NCBI RefSeq assembly: GCF_018977255.1 | Contig: NW_024704742.1 | Location: 82,710,001 to 82,774,000 of the forward strand | Direction of reading: 5' to 3' | Length of the DNA: 64,000 nucleotides | Source: Callorhinchus milii | Taxonomy: Eukaryota | Shown: positions 50,706-63,121 of the stretch, in pieces | How the letters are laid out: each line of letters begins with the position of its first letter | Numbering within the stretch: position 1 is the first letter of the stretch | Notes under the pieces: generated by a model | What the model was told of the DNA's origin: nothing | Seen by the model: only the letters and a program-made list of their open reading frames with translations | The model's database searches: none | Position numbers and translations under genes: made by a program

Positions 50706-52480
50706 CAGGTGGGCTGGCGGGAATTTGAAAAGGGGGGGGGAGGAATTTGAGCACTCGGGACGGATCTTTAGTGCGTGGAATCATGGGATTTTTTGCAGAC
50801 CCATTCTAGCTAATTCCAATTCCAGATACTTGGAGTCCGGATACCCAGGGGTTTATTGAACTTTGACTGATGATGCAACCATCTAAGAAAAGAAAATCTG
50901 AGCAGAATTTCATGACAGAATTTTTGAACGAATTTCCAGACATTAGAATATATTAGAATACATTAGAATATACAGCACAGAAACAGGCCTTTTGGCCCAA
51001 CTGGTCTATGCCGATGTTTATGTTCCACATGAGCCTCCTCCTGCCCATCCTCAACTAAGCTCCCTATCTAGCTTTCCCTTAAATACATCTTTGCTATTTG
51101 CCTCAACAACTCCTTGTGGTAGCATGTTCCACATTCCCATTACTCTCTGTGTGAAGAAATTTCTTCTAACTTCCCTATTTGATCTATTTGTGACTATTTT
51201 ATATTGATGGCCCTGGTTTTGGTCTCCCCCACAAGTGGAAACATCTTCCCTATGTCTACCCTATCAAAACCTTCCATCATTTTAAAGACCTCTATCAGGT
51301 CACCCCTTACCCTCCTCTTTTCAAGAGAAGAGTCCAAGCATGTTCAGCCTTTCCTGATATGTATAACCTCTCAGTTCTGGGATCATCCTTGTGAATCTCC
51401 TTTGAACCCTCTCCAGTGGCTCTACACCCCTTCTATAATGTGGGGACCAGAACTGCACACAGTATTCTAAGTGTGGTCTAACCGAGGTTCTGTAGATGTT
51501 TACCATAACTTCCCTGGTTTTCATTTCTATCCCTCTAGAAATGAACCCCGTTGCCGGGTTTGCTTTTTTTATGGCCTTATTAACCTGCATTGCTACTTTT
51601 AGTGAATTGTGTATGTGTACCCCTAGATCCCTTTGCTCCTCTATCCCATTTAGGTTTTTATTTTCCAGGATGTATGTGACTTCCTTATTACTTCTACCAA
51701 AATGTACAACCTCAAACTTTTCTACATTGAATGCATTTGCCATTTAAATGCCCATTCAGCAAGTTTATTAACGTCTTGCTGTAATTTGTTGCAGTCCTCC
51801 TCTGTATTAACTATCCCCCCCAATTTTGTGTGGTCTGCAAATTTTGAAATTGTACTACTGATTCCCGAGTCCAAATCTTTAATGTATATTGTGAAGAACA
51901 GTGGTTCTAATACCGATCCTTGTGGAACACCACTGCCCATCCCCTGCCAGTTTGAGTAGCTACCCTTTACCCCTACTCTCTGCTTTCTGTTTTGTAGCCA
52001 GCTTGCTCTCCGTTGTGCTATTTATCCCCGACTCCACATGCTCTGACCTTGTTCATTAGTCTATTACGTGGTACCTTATCGAACACCTTTTGGAAATCTA
52101 AATATATTACATCTACCTCATTACCCTTGTCTACTCTTTCTGTTACCCCTTCAAAGAATTCAATGAAGTTGGTCAAGCATGACGTTCCTTTTTGAAAACC
52201 GTGCTGACTATTCTTTATTATGTTTTCCGTTTCCAGATGTTTTTCTGTTACCTCCTTCAGTAAGGATTCCATTATCTTTCCTACCATCAATGTTAAGCTG
52301 ACAAGTCTATAGTTCCCTGGGCTTGTTCTATCTCCCTTTTTAAATAGTATAAGTAGAGCAGATGATTGTTATGTTTTCTGTGCTTTTTGCAGAAAGGATA
52401 TTTCAACAGCAAAGGGTGGCAAAATGGATTTCAAGGATCAAACACAAACAAAGTTCCATATGACAAATATATTAATTTGA
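50706..52480 (+). mobile_element. hAT-like DNA transposon 5' relic (50706-50939 plus 52346-52480) split by CR1
   Basis: MQPSKKRKSEQNFMTEFLNEFP before the CR1 and SRADDCYVFCAFCRKDISTAKGGKMDFKDQTQTKFH after it, resembling a transposase N-terminal zinc finger. Confidence 0.6.
50941..52345 (-). mobile_element. 5'-truncated CR1 LINE, inactivated
   Basis: SQHGF.KG.SCLTN, VDVIYLDFQK.FDKVP, GVPQGSVL, FADHT in place of FADDT, RPHLEYCVQFWSP, frameshifts, 10-bp terminal repeat in three copies. Confidence 0.95.
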
Positions 52481-53299
52481 TTTTCGGGTACATTTCAGTA
52501 AAGAATTCTAGATGAGACCTTAAACTGAGGTCTTATCTATCTGCTCAGGTGAATGCTATAAATCCACTATTGAATTGCGCTATTTGCTACTTGTGAAGAG
52601 AAACCAGTTCCTTACATAATCCAACAATCTTGTTGTGACCAACAATCCTCCAAATAAATAGACAATTGACTTCATGGCTGTTTGTAGGTCCTTACAGTAA
52701 GTAAATTGACTGCTGTGTTTGTCTACATATCCACAGTCACGGCACCTCACATGAATTCAATGTGAAGTGCTTTGACACACTTTGAAGTTATCAATGCATG
52801 GATGCTTACCATTAATAATAAAGTCAGTAATAGGTAAATAATGTACAAATGCTTTTTTCTGCCTGCACTTTATCCAGTACAGCAGCCATGATATTCACGT
52901 GGAAAAAAATCTATTTCATTCCCAACATGGCTTAAACTCCTCTATACACATGTATTAAAAGCTGTGTCATAGAACTAATGACACTCAAGGGGTTACAAAC
53001 CATTCCCTGCATCCTCAGAACTATAGCTTCCCACTTTCTGGCCGATTGCTTCCCCCCAAGCCCTCCCAATCAACATATCTGGATGCTAAACACCATATTA
53101 GCCTTTGTGATAAAATATGACATCAAATCAAACAATATTTTGTCCTTTGTTTTGTAATGGAGGAGAAGATACACACAATCATTCTACAGTATATGTCAGA
53201 AGGCATGAGAAACAAATTCAAGATCATACACTTTGTATCTACCATGCCTTGCAAAACTACCAGAAAATGCACCCCTCCCTCCCAGATGATTGCTGGAAG

Positions 53300-53625
53300 G
53301 AAAGCGTAGCATTGTCAGAGTTACCGTCCTTTGGATGATAAATTAAACCAAAGTCCAATCTGCCTGTTCAGGTGGATCTTAAGGATCCCATGGCATTATT
53401 CGAAAAGAGTAGGGAGTTTCTCCCAGTGTCCTAGCCAACAATCCTGCATATAAAATTGGTCATTCAGTTCACGGCTGCTTGTGGGACTTTGCTGTGTGCA
53501 AATTGGCTGCTGCTTTTGCTTACAAATACACAGATACTAGACTTTACAGTAAATCCTGTGAAGTACTTTGAGACGTGTCGACATTGTGATAAGGTGATAT
53601 ATCAAATTCAAGGATTATTATTATA
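53300..53625 (+). mobile_element. Deu-domain SINE, head missing
   Basis: CTGCCTGTTCAGGTGGA..GATCCCATGGCA..tail. Confidence 0.85.
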
Positions 53626-54924
53626 AGAATGTACAGAACTGAATGATTGATGTTGAAGTATGTTAAATTAGGGATGTACCATTAATCTGGAGCCCTTTTT
53701 GATAGATGGCATAATATTCTACCCCCATCGTCCCCGAAAACCCAACCTGGAGGAGAAAGAAAACCCAAAGGAAAGAACAAATATTATAGTTTTTAATATA
53801 GTTATATCCTTAAATGTCCGTTCTCTCTCCAATAAATATAGAAAAAGAAAAAGATATTTAAAGCAATAGCATTGTTTGCCTGAAACTAGGCAAGGTTAAC
53901 CAGGAGTCCTCTAAGTTAATGGAGATTAGACCTCTTATTTCTTTCCAATAAAATCAAAACCCGTGAGTCAAGAAAAAACAATTAACTCACATACGTTGCT
54001 CCTAACTGTTCCAACAAATCTCCTGTAAAAACGTTCTCACCCCATGCACCTTGCTATCAAAGTGTGCATTGATTTCAGAAACATCTGTCAATAAGTACCC
54101 ATGTGTACAAAAATGTCAGCGAGGTCTGTGACACACATGGAAACTCTTCACCATGCTTAAGAGTCGCCAAACCAAACTGACTGAGAGTTTCACACATGTA
54201 TGGAAATTTCTGTTTGCCTGGTACACTTGCTCATCCCTGGAAAGACACAAGCTGCTCATCCAATCCCAAGAGTTTAGGAACAAGTTGACAAGAGCCAAAG
54301 CTCAGGGACCCCAGTGTTTATTGGGGTGCTGCTCGAGATTCATTAACCAATATGAACACTGGCATGTTTCCCGCTGTATAACCAGTTTGGACTTACTACC
54401 CCTGTTTGGGCTTTTGCCTGCAGGGTTAACAAAACCTAATACTAAAAGCTTATTGACTAGGGAAATACCGTTAAAGGCTGGAAAATTGGTCCCAAGTTAT
54501 TTATAATATCAATTTTATCAATTTTAAAGGAGGTTCTTTTAAAATCTATTCATGAAACAGAACTGAGTCGTGCGGATACAGGCAAGTGTTTTTTTAAAAC
54601 ATTGCTCAGTGGAGGGAGCGATACTTATATCCCTGAATTCCATATTTAAACATCTGCAGAACTGCAAAAGGTGAAATACTGTGCTAAAAATAACAGGCAA
54701 ATAGCAGGCAACATTGAGCACTGAATTTTAAAATGGAAGGATCTTGAAGTCTAAGACCAATGATGTTGCATAAATAGCCTCAATGTGATACTTTATTGTC
54801 CTCAACCATATGTGTGATTCAAAACATTCATCACTTAGGGCTTCATTTGCATAGATTTCACTGAGACTCCATTACCACGCAACACCATAAGCATCAGTAA
54901 CCAAGGCGACATAATTTCCATTAC

Positions 54925-54946
54925 CTTCAATATCCCCACTTGCCAT
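54925..54946 (-). CDS. Possible start-codon exon end (MASGDIE)
   Basis: AGAATGG Kozak context followed by an AAG|GTAATG donor in unique DNA; too short to be secure. Confidence 0.15.
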
Positions 54947-55239
54947 TCTTAACTGACAGCTGTAATCACAAGTTCTCTTTCTTCGTGTTCTTCCCGAACA
55001 TGCAATCTCCAGAGAGAAATGCCAGAGATAACCAGCAGACACATAGAAGGCATGAACCCATTCAGAAAGAAGTACAATAAACTGAAATCTGCATTCACTC
55101 AAAAAATTATAAAACACACAGCCAAACACTCTTCAACATTCCAATGATATACAAAACTCCAACAAACCAATTCTATACACTACACAACCAACATTCCTTA
55201 ACAAACCAGTAATATACACAATACTCAGCCAACTATCAG

Positions 55240-55660
55240 TCAGCCTGGCTCAGTTGACTCGTGCTTCTGAGTCAGAAAGTTGTGTTTTCAAGCCCTATTG
55301 TTGGGACTTTTTAAAGTTGTCAGTATAGGTAGGCACTCCAATGCAGTGCTGGGCGTGTGCTGCATTGTTAGAGGTGCGGTCCTTTGGATGAGACGTTAAC
55401 CAAGTTCCTCTCTGCCTGTTCTGATTGATGTTAAAATCCCTTAACTGTTCAAAAAAAAAGGGAGTTTCTGCCAGTGTCCTGGGCAATGATCCCCCAGATC
55501 AAATTGATCATTCACTTCATGGCTGTTTTGTGAGACATTGCTGTGCTCAACCTGGCTGCTGCTCTTGCCTACAAAATACACTGTCACTACACTCTAGTAA
55601 AATCCTGTTAAGCATTTTGAGACATCCTCCCAATGTGAAAGGCACTATATCAATTTAAAT
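55240..55660 (+). mobile_element. Deu-domain SINE, full length
   Basis: Head TGGCTCAGTTG..TCAGAAAGTTGTG, Deu-type block, tail. Confidence 0.82.
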
Positions 55661-55665
55661 TTGTA

Positions 55666-55976
55666 TTAATAATAATCCTTGCATTTGATATAGCGCTTTT
55701 CACGTCTTCTAGATGTCTCAAAGCGCTTCACAGAATATACTGTAAAGTGAATTGACTATATTTGTGGGTGAAATGCGGCAGCCAATTGCGCACAGCAGTG
55801 TCCCATAAACAGTCGTGAATTGAAGTGACCAATTTATTATTGCTTTTTTTTTCTTAAGGGATTATTATCAAGCGTGTGGAGTCAGGAAACTTACCCAAGG
55901 TTTCGACCTGCCAGGAATCGAACCCAGGTCTCTCGCTTGCGAAGCTAGCGCTCTAACCACTGAGTTACAGGACTCC
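55666..55976 (-). mobile_element. tRNA-headed SINE, short form, full length
   Basis: Complete element; tail with TAGAA loop. Confidence 0.92.
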
Positions 55977-56379
55977 ACAGGACTCTACAGGATTTGTAAA
56001 CTTGGCAGTAATTTCTGACTTATATTATTGCCTGGGTGCATCTTTCGTAGAAATTGTCATATTAATGAAATACATGACACCAACAGGATTATTCGAATTT
56101 AATCGGTGGTGTATTGCTTGGAACCAATACTGAATTTGTGTATTGTGCTGAATATTTAAATATTAGAAATTCTGTGGTGAACCTTTTGAATGAAGGCTGC
56201 TGTGCTGACACGGTACTCAACAAAGTGGTGTTTCACAGTCCTGAACCCTGTAATTCTCTTACAGTGAGTTTCTCATCTTGGGCAAGGAAGTCCAAAATGT
56301 GGAAAACAATGTGTGAGAAATTATGTATTCAGCCCTGTGAAGCATGAAAGGCAAGAGCTGAACTGAGTTCGAATAGTAA

Positions 56380-56597
56380 ACCTATGGAACAGGCTCCCTA
56401 GGGAGACGGTTGAAGCAAGAAATGTTGATTCTTTCAAACAGAGATTAGATAGTTTTCTTTTAGGAAATAACATTATGGGATACAGTACATAGGTAGTTCA
56501 GAACATATGTGCATGTGACCGCCAGGAAGATGGAAGGCGAACTAGATGGACCTTGGTCTTTTGTTTGTCTAGTATTTCTTATGTTCTAGTGTTCTTA
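56380..56597 (+). mobile_element. Old CR1 3' end
   Basis: GTAAACCTATGGAACAGGCTCCC..TTCAAACAGAGATTAGAT..TTCTTATGTTCT. Confidence 0.75.
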
Positions 56598-57214
56598 GAG
56601 TGAGCTGATTGCCAGTTGGGAGAGAAGGCAAGGACAACAGGAGGATACATTGACTCACACACTCTCTCGCAGACTGACTACAGTGTAATTTAGACTTCTG
56701 ATTAGTTAGTCTTACCTCAGTGTCTGACAGTGGGGAGAAAATACATTTAGCTAAAGTGCCACTTTTATTTTATTTCTAACTCCAATTCATGCAAAATAAA
56801 AATGATAAATGTTTGATATTTTTAGCCATCATACTTCTCGACAAGTGAAGAATCATTTATCATTGCCCTTACTTGCATCAGAAAATGTTATCTGCACACT
56901 GCAAACAACAAATAAGTCTAACCTCTACTCTGTCCTAATCCAATAACCCAAATCTTCAAAGAATCCTAAACTCTGCGGTTGAGTCATTTCTGCTCCTCTT
57001 CCATCTTTTGGAGCTTATTACACTTATCTTGTATATCAGTACTGTATCACCCCCATTCTCTGGAACTCCATCCTTGAGTCCAACCTGCCCTGTACCTCCC
57101 TACTTTAACTGCTTTTGGTCATCTCCCCCCCCCCCCCCCCCCCCCCCACACAAACTCTCTTTAGCTTCTTCTGCAGCTCAGGTGTCCAGATGGCTATGTA
57201 AAGTGTTTTGAGAT

Positions 57215-57417
57215 GTCTTCGCTTTCTCAATCCCTCTGCCTTTGCCCTTCTCCTTCCCCATTTTCAGATCACACCTGAAGAACTTTCTCTTTGACTGTGC
57301 TTACAGTCACCTTCTGCCTCTCCCCAGTTCAGTGTCAGATTCCGCCACTGTTAAATGCTCAGAGACGTTGCCTTGTGTGAATGGTGCAATATAAATACAA
57401 GTTGTTGTTGATGTTGA
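57215..57417 (+). mobile_element. L2 second subfamily, 3' end
   Basis: Reverse complement of 38518-38710. Confidence 0.75.
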
Positions 57418-58954
57418 AGAACTATATGAATATGAATTGTGTGGCATTGCACAAGACTGCCATTGCACCATTTCGTATCTGCAAACTTTTTGCATTGTAT
57501 CATCTTTTCTGTTGATAAGTAGTTCAGAACTACTTATCTGCAGCACAATCCTAAGAATATGGAAATAAAACAGCATATGGATGTGAACAAGGGTCCAGGG
57601 TAAAGGTTTTTTATGGGTTTTATCGTGAGTGAGGATCATAACTTAATACCGTAACTCGCTTGTAGAAAGAAAAACATAAATAATTACCCATCTGGAATCG
57701 ATATGCTAAATTACGTATTTTTGTGTACTTCTCCCTTTCGTTCTTTCCCAGTTTCCTTTCTTTCTAAATATATTTCCTTATACACATGAGCACGCACAGA
57801 AGGCTCTACCACATGCTGCTCAGTAACACCTGTGGTCTTTTTGTGCTTACGTAAGTGAAGGAACGTTTGCTAGCTCTAGTGAACAGTGCATGTTACACCT
57901 GAATGACGTGGAACAAATTGCCACAGCCAGAATCTATTATTTTGTTAAAGAATTAAGATGCACATTCTTGTTTGACGTCTTCCTTTATTTCAAAAATCTT
58001 AATGCACAGTTTGAGGTTTCTCAAACCAGCACCAGTCTTTCTCTGTATCCTTTGACACCAGAGGAATATCTTCTGCCCCGGGATAGGGCTACTCAGAGTT
58101 ATTTTGAGATAAATTCCATAATGTTTATAACAATGGTGGGCAGGGGATTGGCGGGGTGGGGGCAGGGGGGTGAGGGAGGGGAAAGAGAGGACAATGCGTT
58201 ACACTTGAAATCAGTTGCCTGGAACTGTGCTGTTGGTTTTTATTAAGAATCATAACGCAACATTAGATGAATTTCTTTTTAATAAGACATAAAAATGATG
58301 CAGGAAGGATAAGATCTTGGGTCATTGGGTTTATCGCCCTTCTCTTTTTCTATCTCTGCTCTCTCTTTCTCTGCAGTATGAATAATAATGTCTTGCCACA
58401 GTCAATTACTTACACTACAATGCTAGATAAAGGAGTGTGTGCTGGAACCATGCCTCCAGGCCTGGGCACATCAGGGAATTAATACTTGTGCTTCATTAAT
58501 ATGCAGGAGAAAACCCTCCTGCTTTAAAGCTTTCCCAAGAAAATGAGAAATGATGTCTGGAAACTGAAACATCTGTTGAAATCAACTTTATTATAAATGC
58601 TTAATTTAAAATAATTAATATTTGTCCCTTGCAGTAATTGTACACAATGGTTTAATTGCTTGGGATTTTATTTTAAATTGTTAAGAGATTTTTGACTTTA
58701 TAAAAGCATTTCTAAATGATCCTCCAGTGGAGTTTATGTCAAAATGGTGTACTTCTAATACTTTTTTGAAATACAGCTGCATGGACTATTTTAGAAAAGT
58801 ACAGATAAGTGTGTGTAACATGAATGTTCCAGTGAGTTTCATGTTAAAGAAAGCAGATAAACATTTCTCAGTTTCTTGTTCCAACAAGCAAAATGCTTTT
58901 TTCGGTATTGGTAGAGACTAGTCATTTTAGGGATGGAGAACTTGTATTTAGGTG

Positions 58955-59545
58955 TTAGACTGGATCAGTTGGTAGTATTCTTATATTCTTTCTCCAAGTC
59001 AGAAGGTTGTGGGTTCAAATCCCATTAAACTCATACAATCTAGGCTAACCGAGATCCCATCTGCCTGTTCTGGTGGACGTTAAAGATCCATGGCACTACT
59101 CAAAAAGCAAACAGAGTGTTTACCAGTGTCCTGACCAACAATCCCCCAAATAAAGTTGACTGCTCATTTCATGACGAATTGTGGGACATCTCTGTACATT
59201 GGGTTGCCAAATTTGCCACAGATACACAGCCATACCATTTCACAATAAATCCTATGAAACATTTTGAGATGTCTACCCGATGTGAAAGATGTTATACCAA
59301 ATGCAAGGATTATTATTATTATTACCTATTGTGTCAGGGGAAACTCCTCTTTTTAAATAGTGTCATAGAATTTTTAACATCCATCATAATTGGCAGATGG
59401 GACCTCAGTTTAATGTTTCATCTAAAAGAACGCATCTCCGACAATACAGCATCCTGCCCCCACCCACCACCCCCCCCCCCCACCCCCCCCCCGCAGTGGC
59501 TTAAATCCACCCAGAGGTGAGAGTTCTACCACCTGAGTTAAGTGG
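58955..59545. mobile_element. Two opposed Deu-domain SINEs (+ 58955-59322; - 59335-59545)
   Basis: Head, body and tail motifs in opposite orientations. Confidence 0.75.
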
Positions 59546-59569
59546 ATACCTGTTCAAGAGAATCAAGTA

Positions 59570-60340
59570 GTAGCTGAAAGCATGACCTCTGATGGTGGGG
59601 CAGACGGTTGCAGCCGAGCAGAGGCGCCAGGTGGTAGATTGGGGAGTGAGGAAGTCGGAGAGGTAGGAAGGTGCCAGAGAGTGAAGGGATTTGGACATGA
59701 GTGTGAGGATCTTGGAAATTGATCCGTATGGTGATAGGGAGCCATTGGAGCCTGGCCAGAACTGCTGAGATGTGGGTATGGAGTTTGGTCCAGGTAAGTA
59801 TGTGAGCAGCAGAGTTCTGATTGAGCTGGATCTTTTGAATAGTGGAGCTGGGGAAACCGGCAAGGAGGTCGTTTGAGTAATCCTGGCGGGAGGTGATAAA
59901 CACATGCTCGAGGATTTTGGCTGCATTTGGGGTAAGGTATGGTCGGAGGCAATGTAGCAGAGGTGAAAGAAGGCGGTCCTGGTCAGGGACAGGATGTGGG
60001 GGAGGAAGGACAGCTAGGGGTCGAACAGGACGGCAAGTTTGCACACTGGTTCAGTGAGTGTGAGGGAGAGCCCAGGGAGGGTGAAGTGTTCAGATCTGCA
60101 GGAATGAAGACGTTGATGGGAGCCAAGGAATATGGCTTCTGTCTTGTCCACATTCAGCATACACATGGAAGTTTACCCCGTGTCTGCGGATGACATCACC
60201 CAGAAGATAGATACGGAAAAGAAAAGGGCCAAGGATGGAGCCCTGGGGTACCCCGCAGGTGACCGGGTGGGGGCGGGAGGAGAAACCATTTGCTGAGATG
60301 AAATGGAGGCGATTGGTTATGTAGGACTCGAACTATGCAA
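59570..60340 (-). mobile_element. L2 second subfamily fragment with internal deletions
   Basis: LRPYLTPNAAKIL.H.FITSR.DYSN, NQNSAAHILT, GVPQGSILGP. Confidence 0.88.
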
Positions 60341-60459
60341 CCCTTTTATCTCATTAGGTCTGCAATACAATACAATTTGATTTTGGGAGGAGTCTCAAAG
60401 TACTTGACACTACTGCCTGACACCCTATACTGATGCTCATCAACTTAAATTAATCTAAT

Positions 60460-60965
60460 TCCAATCTCCTTCTCGCTCCACATATGCTTTAATATTTCTC
60501 CTCTTGAAACATCTAATTTCCTGTTAAAATAATTTATAGATTCAAATTCAACCTTCGTTTTTGAGATAGAATTACATATTCCAACTATCTGTGTAAAGTT
60601 TTTTTATACAAACCTCCCCTTTAATTATTTTTGTGATTAACTTACATTTGTGCACTCTATTACTAACTTGCTAGTCCGTGGAAATAACCTATTACTATTT
60701 AACCTTATAATAACTATTCATAATCTTGAAGACCTCTATCAAGCCATCATTTAAGCTCGTAAGCTCTATTAAAAAAAGACCTGAATTTCTCAAGTCTTTT
60801 TAAGATTGAAACTCCTCATCCCTGATGAATCTATGGTAATCTTAATCTACTGTTTTTATATTGCTCCAATAATGGGCTACTCATAACCATATTCCAGCTA
60901 TGCCCTAAACAAGGTCTTATATAAAATTCAACATTGCCTCTTTGCTTTTGTGTTCCATATTTCTG
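60460..60965 (-). mobile_element. Very old CR1 3' fragment
   Basis: AT-eroded match to 51050-51580. Confidence 0.6.
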
Positions 60966-60970
60966 AGTAT

Positions 60971-61470
60971 AACAACTACAACAAAATTACATTTGTAAAG
61001 CGCCTTTCACGTCAGGAGGACATCCCAAGGCACTGAACAGTCGGGGATCAGGACCGGAGTGTGGGGGGGGCAGGGTTGGCATGAGGGAGGGCAGAGAGGT
61101 GGGAAGGTGGCTGAAGGCACAGTTGAATAGAAGGGTCTTGAGTCGTGCCTTGAAGGAGGCAAGGGAGGGAGCAAGGCGAAGGGAATGTGGGATGGAGTTC
61201 CAAAGGATGGGGACAGAGAGGCTGAAAGCCCAGTCGCTGGTGGTAGGGTGGGTCGGGTGGGAGACATGGAGCAGGCTGGAGCCTGCTGAACAGAGGAGGC
61301 GGGCAGGTTGGTAGGGAGTCTGCAGGTCAGAGATGTAGGAGGGGGCAAGGCTGTGGAGGGCCTTGAAAGTGAAGACGAGGATTTTGAATTCTATCCTTTG
61401 AGGAAGGGGGAGCCAGTGGAGCCGGGCGAGGGTGAGGGTGATGGGGTCACGGAGCCTGGTGTGGGAGAGG
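60971..61470 (-). mobile_element. L2 3' fragment
   Basis: Homologous to 8961-9480, with terminal hairpin. Confidence 0.9.
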
Positions 61471-62019
61471 ACGTGATAAACAATAGATTAATTATGCCTT
61501 TTAGAGCCTTCTGTTTCTGCGCTGCCACCTTTAATGAACACGGCAGAACTCCGCTTCTCTGTTTAAAATCTTACCATTTAAGGTGCAATTTCTTTCCCAA
61601 TTCTTAATACTAAATAATATTGGTCATTCACTTCATGGCTGTTTGTGGGGCATTGCTGTGCGCAAATTAATTACCATCTTCACCACAAAACATGGTCACT
61701 GCACTTTACAGTATATCCTATGAAAGCTCTTTGGAACATGCTCCTGATGTTAAAGTCACTGTACCAAATATAAGGATTAATCTTCTTATTAGTATGACTA
61801 CAAAGTGCTTTCAGACATCCTTCCAATGTGGAAGGTGCTGTGTAAAAGTACATTATATTGTACAAAACGTTGATATTCAATAGCCTCTGCCTCCTATCTG
61901 ATCAAGTTTCTCGTCTATACATGTTCCTCATGCAATCTTTTGCAATCTTCGGCATACTATACAGTCGCCCATAATTTTTACAATTTGGCGTCATCAGCAA
62001 ATTTCCATTGGGATCACTG

Positions 62020-62340
62020 CCTGATAAGCTTGTCTGTTAGGGCTTCATCTTACAAGGTTAACAGGAACTGACTGGGGAGAGACCCTGCCCTCAGTGACTG
62101 CTCCTCTGAGACCTACTGATGAGCCAGACTGGCTGTGCTGTTATCAGCAGTGCCCTGGAATACTGCAGACCCACCTGCCTCAGGAACTAGACTACCGAGA
62201 CTGCCACAGAGGGTTGAATCGATTCTGACGTTCATTGCCAAGCATGTCACCTTGGAGCCAGTTCAATTCCAAGGATTTCCAGGTCACATTATATCCACCG
62301 TTTCTTCCACTCAATGTTACTAGTTAGCTAAGCAAATAGA
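62020..62340 (-). repeat. Unclassified repeat X, copy 3
   Basis: Reverse complement aligns colinearly with 7118-7340. Confidence 0.75.
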
Positions 62341-62801
62341 GGACCGGATTGTCGAGTGTTCTTAGTTTGCTGAAGACATCAAGTAGAATTAATGAGGATA
62401 ATAATTACTTGTTTGAAACACTATAAATACAATCTTCAATGCCTCGATTTGAATGTTAGTAAACAAACACCATTGTCAGCTTGTAGCAAATAAACATCCA
62501 ACTGATACACAGAGAATAGATTTTTACAGTGAGAAAGGGAGAGCAAGGAAATTATCAATAAGAATAATGTAACAGTTGATAAGATCACCAGAGATTTGGA
62601 TGAAGAAGGCTTTTCTGCAGTTGGTTCGAACTCACTGGGGGAACACAATTTTGTTAGAGATGCCATCCTTTGGATGAGACATTAAAATGAGACTGTCTGC
62701 CTCTTGAGGTGGATGTTAAAAGATCCCAAGGTACTATTCAAGAAGAGTTTTTCCAATGTCTTGGCCAATGATCCCTCAGATGCAGATTGTGGGACATTGC
62801 T

Positions 62802-63121
62802 GGAGTTCTGTAGCTCAGTGGTTAGAGCACTCGCTTTGCAAGCGAGAGACCTGAGTTCAATTCCAGGCAGGGCGAAACCTTGGGCAAGTTTCCTTACTCC
62901 ACACGCCTAATAATAATCCCTCCAAAAAATGAAAACAATAATAAATTGGTCATTTTCAATCAACGACTGTTTGTGGGACATTGCTGTGCGCAATTGGCTG
63001 CCGCGTTCGCCCACAAATATACAGTCAATTCACTTTACAGTATATTCTGTGAAGCGCTTTGGGACGTCCTCCCGACGTGAAAAGCGCTATATCAAATGCA
63101 AGGATTATTATTATTATTATT
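62802..63121 (+). mobile_element. Young short-form tRNA SINE inserted in an old Deu-SINE (62655-63255)
   Basis: TSD ATTGCT at 62796-62801 and 63122-63127. Confidence 0.95.

Noticed and set aside
54153..54506. 117-aa plus-strand ORF in unique DNA
   Set aside because: No recognisable motif or splice structure; the length is compatible with chance.
62436..62666. 76-aa ORF with a hydrophobic stretch
   Set aside because: Its start codon lies in a Deu-SINE fragment and I found no convincing splice sites.
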